Positions 43,739 to 53,390 of a DNA stretch of 56,329 nt are shown here, piece after piece. Below the pieces are notes generated by a model that ran no database searches, was not told the origin of the DNA, and worked only from the letters and a program-made list of their open reading frames with translations. This DNA comes from Methanobacteriota archaeon. GTDB taxonomy: Archaea > Thermoplasmatota > Thermoplasmata > Methanomassiliicoccales > UBA472. The position numbers and the translations under genes are program-made. Numbering within the stretch: position 1 is the first letter of the stretch; each line of letters begins with the position of its first letter. The DNA is taken from assembly GCA_021372315.1 (NCBI GenBank), contig JAJFUT010000057.1:1-56329 (forward strand). The letters run 5' to 3'.

Positions 43739-44614
43739 ATGAAAGCAGTCATACCCGCGGCCGGCTGGGGCGTCAGGTTCCTGCCATTGACGAAGGAACA
43801 GCCGAAGGAGATGATCCCGGTCGTCGACAAGCCGACGATACAGTACGTGGTCGAGGAGGCCTTGGCGGCGGGGATCGACGACATAGTCATCATAACAGGA
43901 AGGCACAAGAGGGGGATAGAGGACCATTTCGACCGCTCGTACGAGCTCGAGGCCGTCCTAGAGCGCGGCGGCAAGCTGGAGTATCTCCGCAAGGTCAGGG
44001 AGATCTCGAGCATGGCCGACATCCATTTCATCCGGCAGAAGGAGCAGCGCGGCCTCGGTCACGCCGTCCTCAAGGCAAAGCAGCACATCGGCGACGAGCC
44101 CTTCGCCGTGATGCTCGGCGATACCATATACCGTTCCAAGGTCCCGGTCGTCAAGCAGCTCATGGACGTTCACAAGCGGACGGGCAAGTCTGTCATCGCC
44201 ATCGAACCGGTCCCGATGGACAAGGTCCAGGACTATGGGATAATCTCAGGGAAGGAGGTCGAGAAGGACCTTTACCTGCTTGACGATCTGGTGGAGAAGC
44301 CGTCGCCGGAGCAGGCGCCGTCGAACCTTGCCATAGCCGGGACGTACCTCCTCACGCCCGATATCTTCGAGGCGATCGAGAGGACGCCGCCAGGCCTCAA
44401 TGGAGAGATACAGCTGACCGACGCGCTGAAGATCCTCCTGAAGAAGGAGGACATCTACGGCTGGAGGTTCGAAGGGAAGCGCTACGACATCGGCGACATG
44501 CTCGGATGGCTCAAGACGCAGATGGAACTGGGCCTCCTCCACCCCGAATACGGCGCGCCCCTCAGGGAGCATATGGAGAACCTGCTCAAGAACGGCCCGG
44601 GAAGGACGCGATGA
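43739..44614 (+). CDS. galU: UTP--glucose-1-phosphate uridylyltransferase
   Basis: 291 aa. Contains KAVIPAAGWGVRFLPLTKEQPKEMIPVVDKP and RYDIGD. Confidence 0.9.
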   Translation: MKAVIPAAGWGVRFLPLTKEQPKEMIPVVDKPTIQYVVEEALAAGIDDIVIITGRHKRGIEDHFDRSYELEAVLERGGKLEYLRKVREISSMADIHFIRQKEQRGLGHAVLKAKQHIGDEPFAVMLGDTIYRSKVPVVKQLMDVHKRTGKSVIAIEPVPMDKVQDYGIISGKEVEKDLYLLDDLVEKPSPEQAPSNLAIAGTYLLTPDIFEAIERTPPGLNGEIQLTDALKILLKKEDIYGWRFEGKRYDIGDMLGWLKTQMELGLLHPEYGAPLREHMENLLKNGPGRTR

Positions 44615-44632
44615 TGATCTTGGGGATCTGAC

Positions 44633-45577
44633 ATGAGGCTCGAGGACGTAGTCAGAGGCAAGAGGGTTGTCGTCACAGGCGGCGCCGGGTTCATCGGTTC
44701 GAACCTGGCCGAGGTCCTGACGGAGAAGAACAAGGTCTTCGTCTTCGACGACCTCTCCAGCGGAAAGGAGGAGAACATCGACGGGCTCGACGCCGAGCTG
44801 GTCGTCGGAAGCCTCCTGGACCTTGACCTCCTGAAGCGTTCGTTCAAGGGCATGGACTACGTGTTCCACCTCGGGGCCATAGCGTCCGTCCCGAAGAGCA
44901 TCGACGACCCTATGACGACGAACCTGGTGAACCAGAACGGAACGCTCAACGTCCTAGCGGCGGCAAGGGACTGCTCCGTCGAGAAGGTCGTGAACATCTC
45001 ATCCTCGGCCGTCTACGGCGATTCGCCGGTCATGCCGAAGGTCGAAACGATGCTTCCGGACCCGATCTCCCCTTACGCGGTCTCCAAACTGGCGGGCGAG
45101 CTCTACTGCAAGGTGTTCACGAAGACATATGGCCTGCCGACGGTGTCGCTCAGGTTCTTCAACGTCTTCGGTCCGAAGCAGGACCCGAGCTCGGATTATG
45201 CGGCCGTTATACCGAAGTTCATCGAACAGGCTCGCGACGGCAAGGAGCTCACGATATTCGGGGACGGGGAGCATACGAGGGACTTCACCTATGTACTGGA
45301 CGCGGTCCAGGCGATGCTCTTGGCAGCGAGTTCGCCTAAATGTGACGGAAAGGTCATGAACGTCGCGAGGGGCGAGGCGATGACGCTGAACAGGCTCGCT
45401 GAGATCGTCCTTGCCAGCTTCGGCAGGGACGTGAAGGGCGGCGTGAAGCACCTGCCCCCGAGAAGGGGGGACATCGTGCATTCGCTCGCCGACATATCGT
45501 TGGCGAGGTCGCTGATAGGCTACGAGCCTTCGTTCAGCGTCGAAGAGGGCATCGAACTGACTATCGGCGACAGATGA
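44633..45577 (+). CDS. NAD-dependent nucleotide-sugar epimerase/dehydratase (SDR)
   Basis: 314 aa. Contains VTGGAGFIGSNL and the YAVSK (YxxxK) motif. Followed by an ACGCG/CGCGT hairpin and a T6 run. Confidence 0.9.
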   Translation: MRLEDVVRGKRVVVTGGAGFIGSNLAEVLTEKNKVFVFDDLSSGKEENIDGLDAELVVGSLLDLDLLKRSFKGMDYVFHLGAIASVPKSIDDPMTTNLVNQNGTLNVLAAARDCSVEKVVNISSSAVYGDSPVMPKVETMLPDPISPYAVSKLAGELYCKVFTKTYGLPTVSLRFFNVFGPKQDPSSDYAAVIPKFIEQARDGKELTIFGDGEHTRDFTYVLDAVQAMLLAASSPKCDGKVMNVARGEAMTLNRLAEIVLASFGRDVKGGVKHLPPRRGDIVHSLADISLARSLIGYEPSFSVEEGIELTIGDR

Positions 45578-45637
45578 GCGTTCCGCACGCGGCTGGCGCG
45601 TCATGTTTTTTATATCCATCGAGGAGATTCATTGGCG

Positions 45638-46408
45638 ATGTCCGGCAACGAAGGTACCTGGCCCCCATATCCCGGAGAATATGTTCTCGGCAATGAGAGC
45701 TCGCATGTCGCGGTGCTCATCATAGGAAGGGGCGCGGTCGACGTGCCATCCGAACTGTTCTACATCAAAGGCATCATGAAGACCGAGAACGTCGGGCTGG
45801 AGAAGGTCATCCTGAACGTCGTCTCGGACCCGAGGATCAGGTTCCTGGTCGTTTGCGGGAAGGAGGAGTTCGGCCACTTCCCAGCCGATGCGATACTGAG
45901 CCTCATGAAGAACGGCATCGACAACGATAAGAGGATCGTCGGAGCGAAGAGCGCCATACCGTTCCTCTGCTCGATACCGAAGGAGGTGGTCGAGAGGTTC
46001 CGGGCCCAGGTCGAGGTCGTCGACCTCGTGCATCCGAAGGACGTGAACGAGATCGTCGCGATGGACCCGATATATCAGTTCGAAGAGGCTCGGAGGAGCG
46101 AGCTTATCGAAAGGCTCGGATCGATGCGCTCGATCGAGACCGAGGACATGCCCGGCGGACCTGTCATCGTCGATGTCAGAGGATTGAAGCAGGCCAGCGA
46201 TGTCATCGGGAAGAGGATGCACAAGACCGCCGACGTCATCATCGAGGGGTTCCTGAGAATGCCCTCGGAAGCCCTGAACACCAGGGCGGACTTCGCCATC
46301 GTCGACGAGCATTTCGGGATCGGCATCGACCCTGTTTCGGGGGAGATCTTCCATACGCCGAGCATCGAGCTCGCGGTAAGGATGAAGAAATATTTCACGG
46401 GGTGCTAG
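45638..46408 (+). CDS. soluble MtrA-like corrinoid-binding protein (no C-terminal TM helix)
   Basis: ATG at 45638 (TTG alternative at 45632). TATA-like TTTTTATAT at 45606-45614. Contains WPPYPGEYVLG, TENVGLEKVILNVVSDPRIRFLVVCGKEEFGH, and KNGID...RIVGAKSAIPFL. The C-terminal roughly 100 aa are hydrophilic. Stop codon is TAG. Confidence 0.8.
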   Translation: MSGNEGTWPPYPGEYVLGNESSHVAVLIIGRGAVDVPSELFYIKGIMKTENVGLEKVILNVVSDPRIRFLVVCGKEEFGHFPADAILSLMKNGIDNDKRIVGAKSAIPFLCSIPKEVVERFRAQVEVVDLVHPKDVNEIVAMDPIYQFEEARRSELIERLGSMRSIETEDMPGGPVIVDVRGLKQASDVIGKRMHKTADVIIEGFLRMPSEALNTRADFAIVDEHFGIGIDPVSGEIFHTPSIELAVRMKKYFTGC

Positions 46409-46409
46409 C

Positions 46410-47330
46410 ATGTTCAAGTTCCAAAGCCATCAGGACCAATGCAGAATAGGCGAGATCTCTTTCGGCGGGCAGCCTGGGAAGAGGAGGACCGTCATGGTCG
46501 GCTCCCTGTTCTATCCGAGGCATAGCATGGTTCTCGACAGGGTGGAAGGTGTCGTCGACAAGGTCAAGGCGCGAGAGGCGCTCGAAAGGATGAGCGCGAC
46601 CAGCTGTGAGACCGGCTGCCCTGCGGCCGTCATGCTCTTCGCTGAGACAGAGAAGGCGATGATAAGTCATATAACGACCTATTCCGAGATGTCCAGCCTT
46701 CCATTCTTCGTCGATTCGCCGAGCAAGGACGTCCGCCTCGCAGGCATGAGGTACGCCAAGGAGGTCGGGCTGGAGGGAAGGGCCATCTACAACACCATGA
46801 ACGCTGGCGTCTCACCCGGGGAGCTGGCCGACATTGCCGAGGCCGGGGTGGAGAACTGCGTGCTCCTCGCCTTCAATCCGATGGACCTGACGGCCAAGGG
46901 CAAGATCTATCTGCTGGAGGATGGCGGGGGCATACTGAAGGAAGGCCTCATAGACACAGCCAGGAAGGCCGGCGTCAAGAACGTCCTTCTGGACATGGCA
47001 GTCCTGGCGGCCGAACAGAACGCCGGCTCCGCGCTGCGAGCGCTGTTCATATCGAAGGCCAAGTGGGGGCTTCCCTGCGGCTGCGCCCTGCACAATGCCG
47101 TTGAATCGTACGCTCCATTGCTCGAGGCGTCCAAGGCGGACCCGAAGCTCTACCGCTACGTCGACACGGCCTCTTGCGTGATGCCGATCATGGCCGGAGC
47201 GGATTTCGTCATGTACGGACCGATCGAATCGGCGAGGAGGGCCATGTTCTCTGCGTCGTTCGCGGACGAACTTCTATGCCAGGCGACGGCGGACCTCGTA
47301 TACGAGAGGGAACCTGCGAAAGGTCACTGA
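46410..47330 (+). CDS. MtrH-like pterin:corrinoid methyltransferase
   Basis: 306 aa. Starts 1 nt after the preceding stop. MFKFQSHQDQCRIGEISFGGQPGKRRTVMVGSLFY matches the MtrH N-terminal pattern. Confidence 0.8.
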   Translation: MFKFQSHQDQCRIGEISFGGQPGKRRTVMVGSLFYPRHSMVLDRVEGVVDKVKAREALERMSATSCETGCPAAVMLFAETEKAMISHITTYSEMSSLPFFVDSPSKDVRLAGMRYAKEVGLEGRAIYNTMNAGVSPGELADIAEAGVENCVLLAFNPMDLTAKGKIYLLEDGGGILKEGLIDTARKAGVKNVLLDMAVLAAEQNAGSALRALFISKAKWGLPCGCALHNAVESYAPLLEASKADPKLYRYVDTASCVMPIMAGADFVMYGPIESARRAMFSASFADELLCQATADLVYEREPAKGH

Positions 47331-47385
47331 AGCTTTAGGGAATTGAAATCGAGTACGCTCTCTAGGACCTCGAAGGGACCGACCA

Positions 47386-48243
47386 TTAGATCTCGATCTT
47401 CGAGCCTGTCCACATGAGGTCCATGTTGACGAACCTGTCCGAGAGCATCTTGGTGGCGGTGAAGCCCACGCAGTGCATCGGGGCTATCCTTTCGACGTTC
47501 ATGTTCCGCAGGTTCTCCATGGTCTTCAGGATGCGTTCGTTGTTCGCTGGCGTCGCGGACATATGGAAGCCTCCCATGACCATATAGACCGGCTTGCCTG
47601 TCGCCTTCTTCGCCTGATGGACCATATTGCATACGCCTGGATGCCCGCACCCGGTGAGGATGACGAGCCCCTTCTTCGAAGTGACGTAGAGCGATTGCTC
47701 CTCGGTCATGTGGTCGACCACCAACTGCCCGGAGCCTTCCTTGTAGAACCGGGTCTCGTTCTCGAACGGAAATATCCTTGCGATCTCCCCCGACGTCCTT
47801 ACGCCTGGGACGAGCTCGACCGGCGATGAGGATACTGTCAGCTTCGCCTTGGCCAGGACCTTGAGCAGCTCGTTGGATGCGGACACCTCGGACGTCGTTC
47901 CGTCCGGAAGCAGCGTGTACTTCCTTCCGCTGAACGTGTTCGGATGCGCGTGGATAGGCACTCCAGCGTCGATCATCGTCTCGAGACCGCCGAGATGGTC
48001 GTAATGGTTGTGGGAGATGAAGACCAGATCGATGTCCTCTGGCCTGAACCCCAGCAGTTCGAGGTTCTGCCTGAACACCATGTCCGAGGCGCCTGTGTCG
48101 AGGAGCACGCGCTTCCCGGCATCCGTCTCGATGAGGATGGACAGCCCATGCTCGGAGATGAAATGTCGGGAGGTCCTCTTGACCTCCTTCGTGCTGTCGA
48201 AGGATGTGCCGGAATGGTTGTCGATGACTGTGTACAGTTTCAC
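47386..48243 (-). CDS. MBL-fold metallo-hydrolase (COG1237 / MJ0301-like subgroup)
   Basis: 285 aa. Contains VIDNHSG, SEHGLSILIET, LLDTGAS, and ISHNHYDHLGGL. Starts 7 nt downstream of the ramA stop. Confidence 0.8.
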   Translation of the reverse strand: MKLYTVIDNHSGTSFDSTKEVKRTSRHFISEHGLSILIETDAGKRVLLDTGASDMVFRQNLELLGFRPEDIDLVFISHNHYDHLGGLETMIDAGVPIHAHPNTFSGRKYTLLPDGTTSEVSASNELLKVLAKAKLTVSSSPVELVPGVRTSGEIARIFPFENETRFYKEGSGQLVVDHMTEEQSLYVTSKKGLVILTGCGHPGVCNMVHQAKKATGKPVYMVMGGFHMSATPANNERILKTMENLRNMNVERIAPMHCVGFTATKMLSDRFVNMDLMWTGSKIEI

Positions 48244-48250
48244 TTCGATG

Positions 48251-49891
48251 TCAGCCCCTGTTGACGATCTTCAGCTCGCTGAAGTTGAAGCATTTCTGCG
48301 GGCAGACCGATTCGCAGTTCTTGCAAGCGGTCCCGAGGCAATGCTCCGTCGCGATCTGGATCTTGAACTTTTTCGATCCCATATCGTATACGGTGAGCGC
48401 CCTTTCGGGGCATTCCTTCTCGCACTTCCTGCAGCCGATGCACTCCGGGAAGCTGTTGACCAGGTACACGCCGACGTTGTCCAGTACCTTGAGCCCTCTG
48501 CTTCCGACGATCGGTATATCAGATGAGACGATGCGTATCGTCTCCTTGGGCCTCCTGATGTCTGGCAACGGGCGGTATCCCTTGTCCCTAAGTACGTCGT
48601 TGAACATCGAGAACGGCATCCCCTCGTCCCAATAGGCGATCTCGTTGACGTAGATGTCCTCGAAGGTCTTCGAGGTGGCGAACATGATGTGCTTCGAGCT
48701 GATCGCGTTGGCGACGTCCTGCATCTTGTCCAGCCCATCATCGTCGACGAGGATGTCGTATGCCATCATCAGCGATGTGTTGCCTGCTTGGACCGTCTTG
48801 TCGAGCACTCTCGGGACCAGTCCGACGACCTGCGCCTTGATCGGATCGACATAAGTTCCGGAAGCTCCGGCAAGGAACATCGTCTTGAGCTCGTCGTCGT
48901 CGATCCCGACCTCCTCGATGAGGGTCCTGTGGCCCGCCCTGATGGCCCCCATGGCCTTCCCCGCCTCGTGAAGGTCCTTTTCATAGAACGAAATGCCGTT
49001 CATCAGGTGCAGCATGTGGTCGGGCGTGTCGATGTTCGGGAGCTTGATCACTCCTGTCTCCAGTCCCAGCGCGACGCATGCTACGCATCCGGTGCCGGTG
49101 ATCCCCCTCGCGGGGATATCGTTGAGTATCCTTCCGCTTCCGTCCTTGGGGTCGATGAGCGATGTCTGGACGGGCCTGAGCTTTGCGTCTAAAACGTAAT
49201 TATACCATTTGCCGCCAGGTCCGACCGCCAGATCGGATATTGCCTCGGGGGCTGCCAGCATTCCGTATTCGATGGACTGTCCTTCCATCGCCGGTCCAGC
49301 CGCTGCGGAACCTGTGTAGAGCTCTCCCTTGTACAAGAGGCCCATCTCGGCGTTGGTGCCGTAGTCGGTGACCATGCATGTCCCCTTCTCCTCGAGCATC
49401 TTGGTCTTCATGATCATGGCCAAGGCGTCGGCACCGATCTCGTGCCTGATCGACGGCGGGATCCTGATCTCGGCCGTCTTCTTGACGGACGTCAGGCCTA
49501 GCTCGTCGGCCTTGATCGAATGGGCCTTCCTCTCGGGCACCTTGACGTTCAGCCTCTTGAGCATGGACTGCCCGGCGAACGCGAGGTCGCGTATCTCGAT
49601 CTTCTCGAACATCGAAAGCTGAGCGGGATTGCCGCAAACTGCCAGGCGCTCGATCTCGTTCGCCTTGGTCCCGTGCATCGCTATGAGCTTGTCGACGGTT
49701 TCGATGATGATCCGGTGGCCTACGTCCTCGCCGTTCTCCATCCAGAAGTGGAGATGGTCCATGATGTTCGCTCCGGGGAGCGGATGCCTCATCGTGATGG
49801 ACGTCGATATGATCCTGCCATTTTGGTCAAGATCGACAAGGTGAGAACGGTAGCCGCTGGTACCCAGATCGAGAGCGATGCCATATGCCAT
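48251..49891 (-). CDS. ramA: RamA-type ATP-dependent corrinoid reductive activase (ASKHA fold plus 2x[4Fe-4S])
   Basis: 546 aa. Contains GIALDLGTSGYRSHL. The C-terminal motifs CIGCRKCEKECP and CLGTACKNCESVCP form the ferredoxin-like domain. Confidence 0.85.
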   Translation of the reverse strand: MAYGIALDLGTSGYRSHLVDLDQNGRIISTSITMRHPLPGANIMDHLHFWMENGEDVGHRIIIETVDKLIAMHGTKANEIERLAVCGNPAQLSMFEKIEIRDLAFAGQSMLKRLNVKVPERKAHSIKADELGLTSVKKTAEIRIPPSIRHEIGADALAMIMKTKMLEEKGTCMVTDYGTNAEMGLLYKGELYTGSAAAGPAMEGQSIEYGMLAAPEAISDLAVGPGGKWYNYVLDAKLRPVQTSLIDPKDGSGRILNDIPARGITGTGCVACVALGLETGVIKLPNIDTPDHMLHLMNGISFYEKDLHEAGKAMGAIRAGHRTLIEEVGIDDDELKTMFLAGASGTYVDPIKAQVVGLVPRVLDKTVQAGNTSLMMAYDILVDDDGLDKMQDVANAISSKHIMFATSKTFEDIYVNEIAYWDEGMPFSMFNDVLRDKGYRPLPDIRRPKETIRIVSSDIPIVGSRGLKVLDNVGVYLVNSFPECIGCRKCEKECPERALTVYDMGSKKFKIQIATEHCLGTACKNCESVCPQKCFNFSELKIVNRG

Positions 49892-50137
49892 GTAAAATCC
49901 TCGGAACGGTAACTGTGCTATCCATATTTAAAAATTAAAGAATATCGAGCCGCTGGACATTGGATTTTCCTAACCCGTTCATAGGCGGTCCGATGCAACG
50001 AAATTCCATCACGACCAAGACCGCGCCTTCGACACGTATTATCGCAAGTGAGGCAGAGTGGACGATCAAATTACGTGTTGGCGATGGACTGTTGACCCTC
50101 TTACCACCCTTCATCTATTTTTAGAAGAAACTTCAAT

Positions 50138-51178
50138 ATGCTCGGCATGACCCCAAGGGAACGATTCCTTGCCGCTTTGGAGATGGAACCCGTCGACCGC
50201 CCTCCGATATTCTACCAGCATCTGGGTGCGGCGAAATGGATACTGCAGCATACCGGTCTGACGATGAGGGAGGGGTTCCACGATCCCGAGGTCTACGCCA
50301 AGCTGGCCCTCGCTTCGTACGAGCTATACGGCTTCGACAACGTCATGGCGGGCTGGGGGGACATACTCACCGAGGCTCAGGCGCACGGGATGACCTGGAA
50401 GTTCCCTGAGAGGGACTTCTATCCGAGGCCGGACGTTCATCTCGCCCTCTCTGACGTGGACAAGATAGTACCTGCCGATCCACTGAAGGACAGGTTCTGG
50501 TCCGTTCCTGTCAAGGCGGCGGGTATAATGATCGAAAAGATAGGGCGGGACGTGCCGGTCGTCGGAGGGCTGGACACGCCGTACATGATCGCCGGGAACA
50601 TAATCGGTTACGAGAACCTGCTGATGGGTTCGATAAGCGATCCCGGCCACGTGGAGAAGCTCGTCGAGACGGTCCTCGAGTCTTCGTTCATGTGGGGGGA
50701 GGCGATGAGCAGGATCGGTGTCGAGATCGCGTTCTTGGAGGACGGCACGGCCGGGATGGAACAGAACTCGCTCGAGACGTGCATGAGGTTCGACATCGGC
50801 TATGTCGTGCGAGAGGTCGAACACCTCAAGAAGCTCGGCATGAAGACGTTCGTCCACAACTGCTCCGCGATGCCGTTCTGGAAGGAAGAGATGGGGACCG
50901 GTGCGGACGCGCTTCATGTGCCGCTCAGGGCCGTGGACGAGGACGAGCTGTTCCGTGTGATAAAAGGCAGGATGTGCCTTGGGGCCGGCATCGATCAAAC
51001 GGAGCTTCTGTTCAAGAAGACCCCTGCCGATATCGAAAAGGAGGTCGAAAGGATATTGGGCAAGTGGGGAGGCGCGCCCGGGCTCATCATGTCCCCGGGA
51101 TGCGAGCTTGCATACAAGACGCCGATGGAGAACATCCAGGCGTTGAAGGAAGCGACTATAAGATTCGGTTCATCGTAA
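50138..51178 (+). CDS. URO-D family zinc methyltransferase (MtaA/MtbA-like MT2)
   Basis: 346 aa. MTPRERFLAALEMEPVDRPP. Predicted Zn ligands are H240-x-C242 (FVHNC) and C322 (SPGCEL). TATA-like CTATTTTTAG lies about 20 nt upstream of the ATG. Confidence 0.8.
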   Translation: MLGMTPRERFLAALEMEPVDRPPIFYQHLGAAKWILQHTGLTMREGFHDPEVYAKLALASYELYGFDNVMAGWGDILTEAQAHGMTWKFPERDFYPRPDVHLALSDVDKIVPADPLKDRFWSVPVKAAGIMIEKIGRDVPVVGGLDTPYMIAGNIIGYENLLMGSISDPGHVEKLVETVLESSFMWGEAMSRIGVEIAFLEDGTAGMEQNSLETCMRFDIGYVVREVEHLKKLGMKTFVHNCSAMPFWKEEMGTGADALHVPLRAVDEDELFRVIKGRMCLGAGIDQTELLFKKTPADIEKEVERILGKWGGAPGLIMSPGCELAYKTPMENIQALKEATIRFGSS

Positions 51179-51608
51179 GATGGGGGCCAGGAACCTCCCA
51201 TAGGAATGGCCAGACTCCCTTGCCTATCAGAGCAGAGCTACCAAGAGCGGGGCCCGCGTCAAGCCTCCGGGGCATATTGTGATGGTTAAGGGCAGGACCG
51301 AGAAGATCGGGCCCCCGGCCACTGTGGACCTTTCTTCATTCTCTTTAGATAAGAAGATCGACGGGTCGGGTTTATAAACATTTCTACTTAAAGGATAAGC
51401 GTATCACATTTAGGATAATCATAGAACCGAAGTGCACGTGATGGCTGGACATTTCCAATATACGCCGAGAATACGAACGGATAATTCATCGAAGTAGCGA
51501 ATCTTCTTAAGGAAGTTGAGTGACCGATCAATATTCGTCACATGGTCTTAGCCCTCGAGGCTCAGGTTTTAAATAAAGACCTTCGCTAATTCTGGGTAGG
51601 TGGGGGAC

Positions 51609-52574
51609 ATGGAAGAGGGGAAGAGCGTGACGTTGGATGCGAAGGCACCCAATACGATCGAAGCAAGGGACGTGACCGTTGCCTTTGGTGAGATCCTAGC
51701 ATTGGACCACTTCACTGTCGACGTACCGAGGGGCATGATCGGACTCCTCGGACCGAACGGGTCGGGCAAGAGCACGTTCATAAAGACCGTCCTAGGGCTC
51801 GTGAAGCCGACAGGTGGGTCTGTCACGGTCAACGGGCTCGATTCGAGCGTTCAGTTCATGGAGATCAGGGACCGCGTCGGTTACATGCCTGAGCATGACT
51901 GCCTGATCGAGACCATGACGGGGATCGAGCTGGTCTCGTACATGGGCAGGATATCCGGGATGACGAAGAACGATTCGATAACTCGCGGGCACGAGGTCAT
52001 CGACTTCGTCGGGCTCGGGGAGCACCGTTACCGCCCCATCTCGACGTACTCCACTGGAATGAAGCAGCGCGTGAAGCTCGCCCAGGCGATCGTTCACGAC
52101 CCTGAGATAATATTCCTCGATGAGCCGATGAACGGCCTCGACCCGACTGGCCGCGATGATATGCTGGACCTCATAGACAGGATCGCGCGATCTGAGAAAT
52201 CGATCCTCCTTTCGTCCCACATCCTCCCTGACATCGAGCGCCTATGCAAGGACGTCATCATAATCTCCAGCGGGAGGGCGATCGTCCAGGGGGACCTTGA
52301 CGACCTGATGTCCGGGGACAGGGAAAGGGTGCGGATGACGATTCGCGGACCGCCGGAGAAGCTTAGGTCGTTCATCGACCAGCTATCGCGCGTATGCGCC
52401 GTCCTAACGGTCGCCGAAGGGTTCCGTGAGAGCATAGTGACCGTCGCCAAGGTCGAGAACAGCTCGGAGATATTCCGGCTCGCCAAGACCGAGGGCGTCC
52501 AGGTACGATCGCTTGAGCCGGACCGGATCTCGCTCGAGGACGTGTTCCTCAAGGCAGTGAAGGGGGTGGCATGA
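51609..52574 (+). CDS. ABC transporter ATP-binding protein
   Basis: Start trimmed to the ATG at 51609. Contains GPNGSGKST, YSTGMKQRV and IFLDEPMNGLD. Confidence 0.9.
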   Translation: MEEGKSVTLDAKAPNTIEARDVTVAFGEILALDHFTVDVPRGMIGLLGPNGSGKSTFIKTVLGLVKPTGGSVTVNGLDSSVQFMEIRDRVGYMPEHDCLIETMTGIELVSYMGRISGMTKNDSITRGHEVIDFVGLGEHRYRPISTYSTGMKQRVKLAQAIVHDPEIIFLDEPMNGLDPTGRDDMLDLIDRIARSEKSILLSSHILPDIERLCKDVIIISSGRAIVQGDLDDLMSGDRERVRMTIRGPPEKLRSFIDQLSRVCAVLTVAEGFRESIVTVAKVENSSEIFRLAKTEGVQVRSLEPDRISLEDVFLKAVKGVA

Positions 52575-53386
52575 TGGGACTGAGCCCGATAGAATACCAT
52601 CCGTGGAACGGTAAGAGGACCGAGCACGGCAGGAGGTTCGTCGTCATAGCGGAGTCGATCCTCCGAAGGTCGATAGGCTCGAGATGGTTCCTCGCCGTGC
52701 TGATAATCGGCACGTTCCTTACGTTCGCGCTCCCGATAATCTTCACCGCCATATCCCCTCATGAGGGCCTCGTGGCCGAGGACATGGCCTCGCAGCTGAA
52801 CAATGGCGTGTTCTTCATATTCCTGCTGATATTGGCCGCCCTGGTCTGTTCGGACCTCATAGCCGAGGACAAGCGCAGTAACTCGCTCGTCCTGTACATG
52901 TCAAGGGCCTTGGACTCGGAGGGATATCTCTCGGGAAAGTTCCTCGGGGCCGCGGCAACGCTCTCGATCTTCGCGTTCGTCCCCCCTCTGATCCTCGCGG
53001 TGACAACGATAGTGACCCAGTCCGGTTCGGACTATTTATCTAGCGTAGAGGTCCTCGGAAGCACCCTCGTGGCAGGCATCTGGATGACGTTATTGTTCAT
53101 ACCGCTGGGCCTGCTCATATCCTCCTTGACGGATAAGAAGACATACGCTGCGGTGGCGACCTTCATGATCGTCTTCGTCCTAGGGATAGTCGCAGGGCTG
53201 TTCGCCGAGAACGACGTTAACTGGATGCTGCTCGGGCCCCAGCTCGTGATGACATTGTCCATCGACGCGATATACGGGGTCGACCTGCCTGACGGCATGA
53301 ACGCTTGGCTTCTGTTGCTAGCCTGCATCGCGTACACCGTCATACCCATGGCCGTGACCTACATCCTGCTCAAGAGGAGGGAGTGA
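52571..53386 (+). CDS. ABC-2-type permease
   Basis: 271 aa with about 6 hydrophobic segments. ATGA overlap with the upstream ATPase gene. Confidence 0.7.
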   Translation: MMGLSPIEYHPWNGKRTEHGRRFVVIAESILRRSIGSRWFLAVLIIGTFLTFALPIIFTAISPHEGLVAEDMASQLNNGVFFIFLLILAALVCSDLIAEDKRSNSLVLYMSRALDSEGYLSGKFLGAAATLSIFAFVPPLILAVTTIVTQSGSDYLSSVEVLGSTLVAGIWMTLLFIPLGLLISSLTDKKTYAAVATFMIVFVLGIVAGLFAENDVNWMLLGPQLVMTLSIDAIYGVDLPDGMNAWLLLLACIAYTVIPMAVTYILLKRRE

Positions 53387-53390
53387 TAAC

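Noticed and set aside
46406-46412. TAG stop of the MtrA-like gene as a possible pyrrolysine read-through fusing it to the MtrH-like gene
   Set aside because: The MtrH-like ATG (46410) is in a different frame from the TAG-containing frame, so read-through would not create a fusion. The read-through frame yields non-homologous sequence before the next stop. The general ambiguity of TAG in Pyl-decoding lineages remains.
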